Positions 36,997-45,949 of a DNA stretch of 64,000 bases are shown here, one piece after another. The position numbers were made by a program, and so were the translations under genes. Each line of letters opens with the position of its first letter. Position 1 is the first letter of the stretch. The stretch lies in the NCBI GenBank assembly GCA_040767085.1, contig JAXGPF010000006.1:1-64000 (forward strand). The letters run 5' to 3'. The notes under the pieces were generated by a model. That model saw only the letters and a program-made list of their open reading frames with translations, was not told where the DNA came from and did not search any database. This DNA is from Kiritimatiellia bacterium. Its GTDB lineage: Bacteria; Verrucomicrobiota; Kiritimatiellia; JAAZAB01.

Positions 36997-38319
36997 ATGC
37001 AAAAGTGTTCCCGCGAGGATCAATTCCACCCCGCCAGCGCGCTCGATTTCCTGTCGATCCCGCAATTGCGCAACCTCCAATTACACCGGCTGCGCGCGAT
37101 CGTGGAGCGGGCATACGCCAACGTGCCGCTGTTCCGGCAGCGCATGCTGGAACGCAAACTGCCGCCCGACGACCTGCGTTCGCTGACGGACATCGCGCAT
37201 TTGCCGTTCACGGTCAAAGCCGATTTGCGGGATAACTATCCCTTCGGGCTGTTTGCCAGCCCGATGGAGGAAATTGTCCGGCTGCACGCCTCCAGCGGCA
37301 CTACGGGCAAGCCGATCGTCGTGGCCTACACGCGCGCGGACCTGGAAGTCTGGAGCAGCGTCATGCTGCGCTCCTTCGCGGCCTGCGGCCTGCATGCCGG
37401 CGACGTGATTCAAAACGCCTACGGCTACGGTCTGTTCACCGGCGGGCTGGGCGCGCATTACGGCGCCGAGGCCCTGGGCGCCACCGTCATTCCCATCTCC
37501 GGCGGCAACACCGACCGCCAGATCATGGTGCTGAAGGACTTCGGCGTCACGGCCATCTGCTGCACACCGAGCTATTTCCTGCACCTGGCGGAACGCGCGG
37601 AGGAACAGGGCGTCAACCTGCGCGACTTGCCGCTCCGGGCGGGCGTCTTCGGGGCCGAGCCCTGGACCGAGGCCATGCGCAACCGCATCGAGGCCATGAC
37701 CGGCATCCGCGCCTACGATATCTACGGCCTCTCGGAAATCATCGGCCCCGGCATAGGCATCGAATGCAAGGAACATAACGGCCTGCACATTTTCGAGGAC
37801 CATTTTTACCCCGAGATTGTGGATCCGGAGAACGGCATGGCGCTGCCCGACGGCCAGGAAGGCGAACTGGTGTTGACCACCCTGAGCAAGCAGGCCATGC
37901 CCATGATCCGCTACCGCACGCGCGACATCACCACCCTCGTCACCGAATCCTGCCCCTGCGGCCGCACCATTCGCCGCATCCGCCGCATCTCGCGCCGCAG
38001 CGACGACATGTTCATCATCCGCGGCGTCAACGTTTTCCCATCGCAGGTGGAGACCGCGCTGCTGACGCTGGAGGGCACCCTGCCGCATTACCAGATCGTC
38101 CTGACGCGGGAAAAAGGGCTGGACCGGATGGAGGTCCAGGTGGAGGTCACGCCGGAAATTTTCAGCGACCGCATCGGCGCGATGGAGAACCTGCGCCGCA
38201 AGCTGGTCAAGGCGCTGGAGCAGGTCTTGAACATCCGGGTGGAAGTGCGCCTGGCGGAACCGCACACCATCCCCCGCAGCGAGGGCAAGGCCCGGCGCGT
38301 GCTGGACCGCCGCGAATAA
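36997..38319 (+). CDS. paaK: Phenylacetate-CoA ligase-like protein (paralog 1)
   Basis: RLHASSGTTGKP, YGYGLFTGGLG, GAEPW, YGLSEIIGPG, RYRTRDIT and DDMFIIRGVNVFPSQ. Confidence 0.9.
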   Translation: MQKCSREDQFHPASALDFLSIPQLRNLQLHRLRAIVERAYANVPLFRQRMLERKLPPDDLRSLTDIAHLPFTVKADLRDNYPFGLFASPMEEIVRLHASSGTTGKPIVVAYTRADLEVWSSVMLRSFAACGLHAGDVIQNAYGYGLFTGGLGAHYGAEALGATVIPISGGNTDRQIMVLKDFGVTAICCTPSYFLHLAERAEEQGVNLRDLPLRAGVFGAEPWTEAMRNRIEAMTGIRAYDIYGLSEIIGPGIGIECKEHNGLHIFEDHFYPEIVDPENGMALPDGQEGELVLTTLSKQAMPMIRYRTRDITTLVTESCPCGRTIRRIRRISRRSDDMFIIRGVNVFPSQVETALLTLEGTLPHYQIVLTREKGLDRMEVQVEVTPEIFSDRIGAMENLRRKLVKALEQVLNIRVEVRLAEPHTIPRSEGKARRVLDRRE

Positions 38320-38394
38320 AGCCAGCCGGGGCGGTCCGCGGCGGCGCGGGCCGGCGCCGGAAGGGAACAGGTCAAACCAACGCAGGGAGGCAAC

Positions 38395-38835
38395 ATGAAA
38401 ATCAAGCAACTATCGGTCTTTCTGGAAAACAAGCCCGGCCAGCTTTCCATTCCGTGCCAGGCGCTGGCCGCCGCCGGGGTCAACATCATCACCATGTCGC
38501 TGGCCGACACCCAGCAATTCGGCATCCTGCGCCTGGTGGTTGGCGAGTGGGAACGCGCGCGCGACCTGCTGGAGCAGGCCGGGTGCGTGGTGAAAGTGAC
38601 CGAAGTGATGGCGTTGGAAGTGCCGGACCGGCCGGGCGGGCTGGCGGAGGTGGTGGCGGTGCTCGACCGCGCCCGCATCAATATTGAATACATGTACGCC
38701 TTCGCCTTCGGACGGGGCAACAAGGCGGTGATCGTGTTCCGCTTTGAAGATGTGGATGCCGCCCTGGAAGCCTTGCGGAAGGAGGGGGTGGGCATCCTGG
38801 ATTCCGCCGCCCTAGCCCAGCTGTCCGCCCACTGA
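38395..38835 (+). CDS. Tandem ACT-domain protein
   Basis: KQLSVFLENKPG, ADTQQFGILRL and DRPGGLA...NIEYMYAF; RBS GGAGG. Confidence 0.92.
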   Translation: MKIKQLSVFLENKPGQLSIPCQALAAAGVNIITMSLADTQQFGILRLVVGEWERARDLLEQAGCVVKVTEVMALEVPDRPGGLAEVVAVLDRARINIEYMYAFAFGRGNKAVIVFRFEDVDAALEALRKEGVGILDSAALAQLSAH

Positions 38836-38848
38836 AAAGAACCTTACT

Positions 38849-40189
38849 ATGCCTGCCGCCAAGGATCAGCCGTTTGAAAATCGTCTGTGGTCCATGGACG
38901 AAGCCATGCCCCGCACCCGGCTGCGGGAGCTGCAGTTGCACCGCCTGCGCGAGTGCGTCGCGCGCGCCGCCCAGGTGCCGTTTTACCGCGCTGCCCTGGC
39001 CGCCGCGGGGGTAAGCCCCGGCGACATCCGTTCGCTGGATGATGCGCGCCGCCTGCCCTTCACCACCAAGGAAGACCTGCGCCGCACTTATCCCTTCGGC
39101 CTCCTGGCCGTGCCGCGTTCCAAACTGGCGCGCCTGCACGGTTCGTCCGGCACAACCGGCAAGCCCACCATCGTCGCCTATACCGCCGAGGATCTCGACA
39201 ACTGGTCCAATCTCTGCGCCCGGTTCCTGGTAGCCGGCGGGTTGCGCCCGGAACACCTGGTGCATATTGCCTTCGGCTACGGCTTGTTTACCGGCGGCTT
39301 CGGCCTGCACTACGGCGTGGAAAAAGTCGGCGCCGCCGTGCTGCCCGTCTCGGCCGGCAACACGCAGCGCCAGGTGATGCTGCTGGCGGACTTGCAGGCG
39401 GACGTCCTGATCTGCACGCCCAGTTACGCCTTGAACATCGCCGAAGTCGCCGTCCAGGAAGGGCTGGACCCCCGGGCGCTGCGCCTGAGCTTCGGCCATT
39501 TCGGCGGCGAACCCTGGACGGAAGACATGCGTTGCCGGATCGAACTGGAACTCGGCTTGCTGGCTTTCAACAATTACGGCTTGAGCGAGGTCCTGGGCCC
39601 GGGCGTCAGCGGGGAATGTTACCGGCGCGACGGCATGCACATCCAGGAAGACCATTTCCTGGTGGAATGCCTGGATCCCGAGACCCTGGAGCCGGCGCCC
39701 CGCGGCGCGCCGGGCGAACTGGTCATCACCTCGCTGACCAAGCAGGCCATGCCATTGCTGCGCTACCGCACGCGCGACATCACCATCCTGAACGACGAAC
39801 CCTGCGCCTGCGGCCGCACCGGCGCGCGCATGGGCCGGATCATCGGCCGGTCGGACGACATGCTGATCATCCGGGGCGTCAACGTTTTTCCCTCGCAGAT
39901 CGAAGAAGCCCTGCTGCGGGTGGACGGCACCGCGCCGCATTACCTGATCGAAGTGGACCGGCCGGGCAACCTGGACGAAATCACCGTGCGGGTGGAAATG
40001 CGGCCGGAGAAGTTCACCGACAGTTTCGCGGCCCTGGAAAAGCTGCGCCGGGACATTGTCCATGAAATTTACGCCATCACCAGCATTCACGCCAACGTGG
40101 AACTGGTCAAGCCGCAAACCCTGGAACGTTCGCCCGGCAAGGCCCGCCGGGTGCACGACCGGCGCCGGGAGCCCGGGCGCAGCGGTTAA
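38849..40189 (+). CDS. paaK: Phenylacetate-CoA ligase-like protein (paralog 2)
   Basis: RLHGSSGTTGKP, FGYGLFTGGFG, GGEPW, YGLSEVLGPG and RYRTRDIT. Confidence 0.88.
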   Translation: MPAAKDQPFENRLWSMDEAMPRTRLRELQLHRLRECVARAAQVPFYRAALAAAGVSPGDIRSLDDARRLPFTTKEDLRRTYPFGLLAVPRSKLARLHGSSGTTGKPTIVAYTAEDLDNWSNLCARFLVAGGLRPEHLVHIAFGYGLFTGGFGLHYGVEKVGAAVLPVSAGNTQRQVMLLADLQADVLICTPSYALNIAEVAVQEGLDPRALRLSFGHFGGEPWTEDMRCRIELELGLLAFNNYGLSEVLGPGVSGECYRRDGMHIQEDHFLVECLDPETLEPAPRGAPGELVITSLTKQAMPLLRYRTRDITILNDEPCACGRTGARMGRIIGRSDDMLIIRGVNVFPSQIEEALLRVDGTAPHYLIEVDRPGNLDEITVRVEMRPEKFTDSFAALEKLRRDIVHEIYAITSIHANVELVKPQTLERSPGKARRVHDRRREPGRSG

Positions 40190-40264
40190 ATCCGCCGGCG
40201 TCCGGAACGCCGCGGAGCAGCGGGAATCTGAAACACGGGAAACGTACGCCGGGAGCAACCAGCC

Positions 40265-42013
40265 ATGCCGCTCAAACCCACTCAAAACTCCGACGCCTAT
40301 GATTTGCAGCGCAAATCCTCGGCCATCACCCTCTCGGACATGGAAGTGTTCGTCTTCCCCGAGCTGATTTACAGCCTGCTGCTGGCCAATCTCATGTCGC
40401 CCCGCATCTGGCGCTGGCGCGATGACCCGTGGTTTAAAGGCCTGGCGCGCCTGAAACCCGGACGCCGCCTGCAGCGCCTGAAGCAGTTCATCATGGATCA
40501 TTACATCTTCAACCTCGATTTGAACACGTGGGGGCTGACCACCAAGGCCCGCGAAATGGCGCGGTTCAGCGATTTCCTGGATCCCGACGCCCTGCGCCAG
40601 TCCAACGCCCTCTTCGGTTACGAGGGTGACAAGTATTATTTCGACATTGACATCCGCTCCCACTTCGGGCTGGACCAGTATGACGGCGATGTCATCCCCT
40701 ACTGGAAGACGGAAACGGTGGAAGCCATGGACGCCTTCCGCCACCGGCCCGGTTACCAATCCGGCGCCGGCGAGTGCGTTTCCCTGGCCGTGCTGTACGC
40801 CGCCGCCATGTTTATCGTCTGCCGCGTGCCGCTGGAGAATATTTTTCTGATGGCCACCCCGCTGCATTCCCAGAACTTCGTGGACCTGGACGACGGCATC
40901 CTGACCAACAACCGCCGCCTGGTGACCAAGACCATGTGGTGCAACGGCACCGCGCTTTCCGCCCAGGCCCGCCGCGCCCTGGAACACGAGCGGGTGACGG
41001 TCGTGGCCCACGCCACCGGCTATATCCACACCCTGTTCTCCGCCGCCACGATCGACCCCGCCGCTTACACGCGTTTTTCCAACCGCCTGCGCGATTTCCT
41101 GCGCACGGAGCTGAATGTGGAAATCCTCGGCAATTTCCTGCGGCACAGCCGGGAATTCCAGCCTTGCTTCCAGTTGCGCTGGCCGTTGCACGGCCGGGAC
41201 CATTACATCTCCCTCGACCGGGCCTTCGCGTACGAACAGGATTCTCCGGCGCGCTTGACCGACGCCACCCGCAGCCGCCTGCTGGCGGAGGTGGACCTGG
41301 AGGAATTCCAGCCCCAGCCGCTGCCCAACCGTATCGTGCTCAACGATCTAGAGGATTTCGTGCGTTCCCGCCGCTTCGACTTCACCCGCCCGGCCGACCT
41401 GGAAGATTTGCGGCAACGCTTTGCGTCGGATTGCCTGAAAGCCGCCGTCGCCATTGAAAACCTCGTCAAATTCTGCCATGTCACCCCGCGCCTGCCCGAC
41501 CTGGCCGCCAAGCAGTGCGCGCCGACCCTGCCGCCGCTCGCACTGCATCCGGACATGCACCGCGAAGAATTGCTGGCGCGCCTGCAGTCGCTCCGCGCCA
41601 GCCATCCCGCCGTGGACCTGGCCTTCCATGCCTACCGCGATTTGAACGCGGCGGATGACCGCCCGTTTCTGCTGGCGGCGCTGGAACGCAATCCGGTGGT
41701 CCTGGCCGCCACGCAAGACATGACGGACGCGGCGCTGGCCGCGCAGATTGCCGCCCTGCCGGATGAATCAATTTACGACGAACCAGGCCGGCTGGCGCAG
41801 CCGGATGAAGTCTGGAATTTCAGCCGGGGCGACGGGGCGGAAAAGGCCATCCTGCTGGCCAACTGCCTGCGCGCCCGTCATCCCGGCGCGCCGCTGACGC
41901 TGCGGCTGGAGGGCAGCGCCGTCCGGTTGGACTGCGGCGGACAAACCTGGGAGTTTGCCACGTCCAAGCAACTGACACCACGGCAATGGGATCTGGGCAA
42001 TCCCGCGGGGTAA
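40265..42013 (+). CDS. Conserved-looking hypothetical protein, possibly transglutaminase-like cysteine protease fold
   Basis: 582-aa ORF with typical codon usage; GAGECVSLAVLYAAA...PLHSQNFVD and a C-terminal RGDGAEKAILLA. Confidence 0.6.
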   Translation: MPLKPTQNSDAYDLQRKSSAITLSDMEVFVFPELIYSLLLANLMSPRIWRWRDDPWFKGLARLKPGRRLQRLKQFIMDHYIFNLDLNTWGLTTKAREMARFSDFLDPDALRQSNALFGYEGDKYYFDIDIRSHFGLDQYDGDVIPYWKTETVEAMDAFRHRPGYQSGAGECVSLAVLYAAAMFIVCRVPLENIFLMATPLHSQNFVDLDDGILTNNRRLVTKTMWCNGTALSAQARRALEHERVTVVAHATGYIHTLFSAATIDPAAYTRFSNRLRDFLRTELNVEILGNFLRHSREFQPCFQLRWPLHGRDHYISLDRAFAYEQDSPARLTDATRSRLLAEVDLEEFQPQPLPNRIVLNDLEDFVRSRRFDFTRPADLEDLRQRFASDCLKAAVAIENLVKFCHVTPRLPDLAAKQCAPTLPPLALHPDMHREELLARLQSLRASHPAVDLAFHAYRDLNAADDRPFLLAALERNPVVLAATQDMTDAALAAQIAALPDESIYDEPGRLAQPDEVWNFSRGDGAEKAILLANCLRARHPGAPLTLRLEGSAVRLDCGGQTWEFATSKQLTPRQWDLGNPAG

Positions 42014-42021
42014 ATGCGGGG

Positions 42022-42120
42022 GAAAGTTTTAAAGTGTTAAGGTTTTATGACCGAATCGATGCCAACCGCAAACAACCGTTGCACCTCATTCAACCTCTGG
42101 CAACCCTGAACGCTGAACAC
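42022..42120 (+). repeat. Dispersed intergenic element A, copy 4 (more diverged)
   Basis: TTTAAAGTGTTAAGGTTTT tract, then CCAACCGCAAACAACCGTTGCACCTCATTCAACCTCTGGCAACCCTGAACGCTGAACAC. Confidence 0.85.
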
Positions 42121-42127
42121 TCTCCGA

Positions 42128-42937
42128 ATGAAAACCAGCGCCATCATTACCGTTTACAACCGGCCGCGCATGCTCGACGCCTGCCTCAAGGCGCTGGCCG
42201 CCAGCCGGGTTGCGGTGGACGAGGCCGTCGTGTCCGACGACGGTTCCACGCCGGAAAACGCCGCCAGCATGCGGGCCGGCTTTGCCGGTTTGCCTTTCCC
42301 GGTGCGCTACGTCTGGCAGCCCGACCAGGGCTACCGCCTGGCGGCGGCGCGCAACAATGCCATCCGCCATGCCGCCGGCGATTACCTGCTGCTGCTCGAC
42401 TGCGATATCCTGCTGCTGCCGGATACCGTTGAACAGCACTTGCGGGCGGCGCGGCCCGGGCGGTTCCTGGCCGCCAACCGCGCCTGGGTCAGCGAGGCTG
42501 ACACGGAAGCTTACCTGCGGAGCGCCGGCGATGCCGCGGCGCTGGCCGCCCTCTGGGAACGCGCCGACCGCCGGCACCTGGCGCGCTGCCACCGCCAGTT
42601 CCAGCGGAATGCCTGGCTGCGCCGTTGCGGATTGGCCCGGCGCAACAAGCCGAAAATTCTGGGCTGCCACTTTTCGCTTTTCCGGGCCGATGCCGAGCGC
42701 ATCAACGGCTTCGACGAAAATTATGAAGGCTGGGGCCTGGAAGACGACGACTTCGCCGTCCGGCTGCACCTGGCCGGGGTGCGCGGCCGGTCGCTGATCA
42801 TGCGGGCGCGCGCCCTGCACCTCTGGCATCCGGCGGTCGCATCCTGCCCCCCCGCCCTGGCCGACAGTCCGAACTACGCCTACTACCACCGGCAACAGGT
42901 GGAAATGTTCTGCCGCCGGGGCCTGCAGCCGCAATAA
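42128..42937 (+). CDS. Glycosyltransferase family 2 with a Glyco_transf_7C-like C-terminus
   Basis: IITVYNRP, VSDDGS, ARNNAI, LDCDI and NGFDENYEGWGLEDDD. Confidence 0.92.
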   Translation: MKTSAIITVYNRPRMLDACLKALAASRVAVDEAVVSDDGSTPENAASMRAGFAGLPFPVRYVWQPDQGYRLAAARNNAIRHAAGDYLLLLDCDILLLPDTVEQHLRAARPGRFLAANRAWVSEADTEAYLRSAGDAAALAALWERADRRHLARCHRQFQRNAWLRRCGLARRNKPKILGCHFSLFRADAERINGFDENYEGWGLEDDDFAVRLHLAGVRGRSLIMRARALHLWHPAVASCPPALADSPNYAYYHRQQVEMFCRRGLQPQ

Positions 42938-42984
42938 TCTTCACGTTCACGAGTCCGCTAAGCAAGGCAACGGATTGCGCCACG

Positions 42985-43173
42985 CCCCCCCCACTTCGTC
43001 GGACTACACAGGGCAAACAGCGGGTGTGCCGCGCCGAAGCCTGGGTCCCTTGGCCGCTTCTGATCCGATGGTAGGGCGGCCAGTCCCTTGGCCGCTTCTG
43101 ATCCGATGGTAGGGCGGCCAGTCCCTTGGCCGCTTCTGATCCGGAACGGCGCGCTCGGAGATCGCGCCCTACC
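42985..43173. repeat. REP-like cluster including a 38-bp tandem repeat (about 2.6 copies, 43045-43143)
   Basis: Unit GTCCCTTGGCCGCTTCTGATCCGATGGTAGGGCGGCCA, closed by CGGCGCGCTCGGAGATCGCGCCCTACC; between convergent genes. Confidence 0.88.
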
Positions 43174-43292
43174 TCCGGAATCCGGATGCGCCACGCAGTG
43201 GCGCCGCTACATCCAGATTACTGTAGTGGCCGAACTGCTTGCCCGGCGTAGCTGCAGCGAAGCCGGGCGTTCGGCGTCTTTCCGGGAATCGG

Positions 43293-44252
43293 TCAGGCTG
43301 CTGCATGCCGCCCCGGACGCCACCGCATCCAGGCCCGGCACAGCCAGACTGCGGCAGCCGCCAGCAGCAGCCGCGGCCAGACGATCCAGGCGGCCGGCAC
43401 GCCAATTGCCGCGAAAAGCAGGGTGTCTTCCAGCAGCGAATGCGAGATGGCTGCATGGCAGTTAAACAGGCGCAAATCCGCGCGGGAGACATCCCCGGCG
43501 CGCACGTGTTCCAGCATGACGGCCGCGCCGAAGGCCAAACCCATGCAATTTGCCACCAGCCACAGGAAGGCCGTGGAGCGCGGCAAGCCCAGGACGGCCA
43601 AAACCGGACTCAGCCAGCGCGCCAGCCGGTGCAGCCAGCCGAATTCCGCAAGCCAGCGCTGCATAACCATCAACCCGGCTACGATCAGCGTTATTTTCAA
43701 AGCCAGCCAAACCATGCTTTCCCCCCAAACCCGCAGCATGGCGGCCAGGCCGGCTGCGGCCGCCGGCGCGGCCGCGGCGGAAGTCAGGAGCCGCGCATCC
43801 GCCGGCATGACGGCATTCAAAAGCATCCCTCCCGCCAGGGCAGCCAGCAGGCGCAATCCCAGCATCAGCGCGCCGGATGCGCCGGCTCGCTGCTGGACGG
43901 CCGATTCCACCGGCAGGTTATGGGCAATCAGGCAGATCAACGCCAGGATGGCGGCCTCCCGCACGGTCAGGGACAGGGTCTGCATGACGGCGATGGCGGA
44001 ATAAATGTTCAGGCTGGCCGAAGTCAACACCACCAGGGCGGCCTCGCCCGGCAGGCCCGCCAGCCGCATCAGCGGCTGGAGCCAGCCGGCGATGCGCGGC
44101 AGCACGCCGGCATAATCCAGCAGCGTCACCGCCAGCGACAGCGGGACCATCAAGACCAGCAGCCAGCCCGCCGTCCGCATCGCCGGCGGCAGCGCCGCCC
44201 GCGCGCTGGACATCAGCCGCCGCCAGAAAATGGCATCAAAAATGATGGGCAT
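43293..44252 (-). CDS. Nucleoside-recognition (Gate) domain membrane protein
   Basis: WLQPLMRLAGLPGEAA, LIAHNLPVES, LSPVLAVLGLP, GLAFGAAV and SHSLLEDTLLF. Confidence 0.85.
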   Translation of the reverse strand: MPIIFDAIFWRRLMSSARAALPPAMRTAGWLLVLMVPLSLAVTLLDYAGVLPRIAGWLQPLMRLAGLPGEAALVVLTSASLNIYSAIAVMQTLSLTVREAAILALICLIAHNLPVESAVQQRAGASGALMLGLRLLAALAGGMLLNAVMPADARLLTSAAAAPAAAAGLAAMLRVWGESMVWLALKITLIVAGLMVMQRWLAEFGWLHRLARWLSPVLAVLGLPRSTAFLWLVANCMGLAFGAAVMLEHVRAGDVSRADLRLFNCHAAISHSLLEDTLLFAAIGVPAAWIVWPRLLLAAAAVWLCRAWMRWRPGRHAAA

Positions 44253-44259
44253 AAACCAG

Positions 44260-45429
44260 TCATCCGTATTGATTGCCGTCCGGCGATTGCGCCAGGCGGC
44301 GCCGCAGGCGGGCCGCGCCAGCGGCGTCCCCGCGCCGGTCATGCAGCAGCGCCAGGTGTTCCAGGGCCGCGCGGTTTTGGGGCTCGATGTAAAGCGTCCG
44401 CGCGAACGCTTGTTCAGCTTCCGGCAGGCGGTCTCCGGCCGACAGGATCATCCCTTCCAGCAAATGCGCCGCCGCGCATAACGGCTGCGCCGCCCGCGCT
44501 GCCGCGCAGATAGCCGCCGCGTCGGCCAGGCGGCCGGCATCGGCCAGGCGCCGGGCTTCCGCCAGGTCCGGCGGGGCGGCGGGCGCCGCGGGCGGTGGCG
44601 CGGCCAGCGGCGCGAGCGTGGGCGCCGCGGCCGGCCGGCGCGGCACAGCGCCGGCAGTTTTGGCGGGGCGGATGGCGGGGGCGCCGGCGGCGCGGCGCCA
44701 TTGGTAAGCGAAAGCGCCGCGATATGGCGCCGGCTCGAACCATTGGTCGAACAGCGGCAGCATTTCCGCATGGCCGACGAACAGCAAACCATCCGGCGCC
44801 AGCCGGCGGATCAAATGTTCCGCCACGCGCCGCCGCGCGGCGGGATGCTGATAGATCAGCAAATTCCGGCAGAACACCGCCTGGTACGGCCCAACGGCAT
44901 CCGCGCAGTCATCCAAATCCAGGATATTCGCCCGGAGCAACCGCGCGCAATTTTTAACCCGCGGGACAACCGCCCAGCGGCCGGCGCCGGCTGGCGTGAA
45001 AAAGGCCCGCGCCCCGGCAGGCGTCTCGCGCAGGGCGCGTTCGGGATAAATCCCGGTCCGCGCGGTTTCCAGCAGCCGGGCGCTGAGGTCCACGGCATCC
45101 ACCCGCAAGTCCGCGGCCTGGCAGCCGGCCGCCAGCAAGGCCATCACAATCGAATACGGCTCCTCGCCGCTGGCGCAGGGCGCGCTTAAAATGCGGATGG
45201 GGCGCGGCAGCCAGGCGGCGCAGGCCTGCTGAGCGAGGAACTCGAACGGCGCGGTATCCCGGAAAAACCAGGTTTCCGGCACCACCAACGCCTCGGCCAG
45301 AGACTGCAGGTCCGGCGCGGCGGCGGCGGCCGGCCGATTCCGGATGGCCGACTGCAGGGCTTCCGTTCCCAGGTTGCGCAAATCCCAACCGAAGGTGTCC
45401 GCCAGCAGTTGCTCCACACCACGCATCAT
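44260..45429 (-). CDS. CheR-type methyltransferase with C-terminal TPR (WspC-like)
   Basis: VVPETWFFRD, ILSAPCASGEEPYSI, FCRNLLIY and GLLFVGHAE, then ARRLADAG...LYIEP TPR. Confidence 0.9.
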   Translation of the reverse strand: MMRGVEQLLADTFGWDLRNLGTEALQSAIRNRPAAAAAPDLQSLAEALVVPETWFFRDTAPFEFLAQQACAAWLPRPIRILSAPCASGEEPYSIVMALLAAGCQAADLRVDAVDLSARLLETARTGIYPERALRETPAGARAFFTPAGAGRWAVVPRVKNCARLLRANILDLDDCADAVGPYQAVFCRNLLIYQHPAARRRVAEHLIRRLAPDGLLFVGHAEMLPLFDQWFEPAPYRGAFAYQWRRAAGAPAIRPAKTAGAVPRRPAAAPTLAPLAAPPPAAPAAPPDLAEARRLADAGRLADAAAICAAARAAQPLCAAAHLLEGMILSAGDRLPEAEQAFARTLYIEPQNRAALEHLALLHDRRGDAAGAARLRRRLAQSPDGNQYG

Positions 45430-45866
45430 GCTCCAAACAAGGCCGGCAGGTGTTCCGGCGCAAGTAATTTTTCGGTTTTCACCATCTGCACCATGCCCAG
45501 TTCCCGGCAGACCAGGCCGTCCAGGTAAGGCGCGGCCGCCACCCCGGCCGGTTGCGCCGACTCCGGCGCCAGGCGCAAGGACTCCACCCGTTCCGCCAGC
45601 AGGCCCACCAGCCGGGACGGCGGCGACGGCGGGGGGCAGGCCAGCAGGATGATGCGGGTGCTCAACCGGATGGCGCCGGCCGCCGCGCCGATCAGCCTGG
45701 AGAAATCAATTACCGGCGCCGGGCAGCCGTGATAATTCAGGAGCCCGGCAATCCAGGGAGGCGCGCCGGGACAGGGCCGCAGCGCGGCGCAGGGCACGAT
45801 GGCGCGCGCCCGGCTGGCTTCCAGGGCATAATGGCTGCCGGCGGCTTGAAAGACCAGGCAAAGCAT
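45426..45866 (-). CDS. CheW-like adaptor (WspB-like)
   Basis: YALE...IVP...PGAPPWIAGLLNYHG..PVIDF...STRII...GLLAERV; RBS AGGAG. Confidence 0.88.
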   Translation of the reverse strand: MLCLVFQAAGSHYALEASRARAIVPCAALRPCPGAPPWIAGLLNYHGCPAPVIDFSRLIGAAAGAIRLSTRIILLACPPPSPPSRLVGLLAERVESLRLAPESAQPAGVAAAPYLDGLVCRELGMVQMVKTEKLLAPEHLPALFGA

Positions 45867-45872
45867 GTCACT

Positions 45873-45949
45873 CCTGAATTTTGCACGAATATTGACCGTC
45901 ACCCTTGCCGCCTTGCCCCGCGCCAAACTTGCACGGTGCAAAATTCAGG
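45873..45949. mobile_element. MITE-like element C, copy 2
   Basis: Perfect 14-bp TIRs CCTGAATTTTGCAC / GTGCAAAATTCAGG; flanks TCACT / TCACA. Confidence 0.7.

Noticed and set aside
38678-41203. 841-aa minus-strand ORF and similar long antisense ORFs (2367-4301, 6626-8200, 11567-13147, 48070-49491, 60622-62187)
   Set aside because: All lie opposite well-supported genes and lack family motifs.
43045-43143. Possible CRISPR array (38-bp repeats)
   Set aside because: The repeats are directly adjacent with no unique spacers, they are REP-derived, and there are no cas genes in the window.
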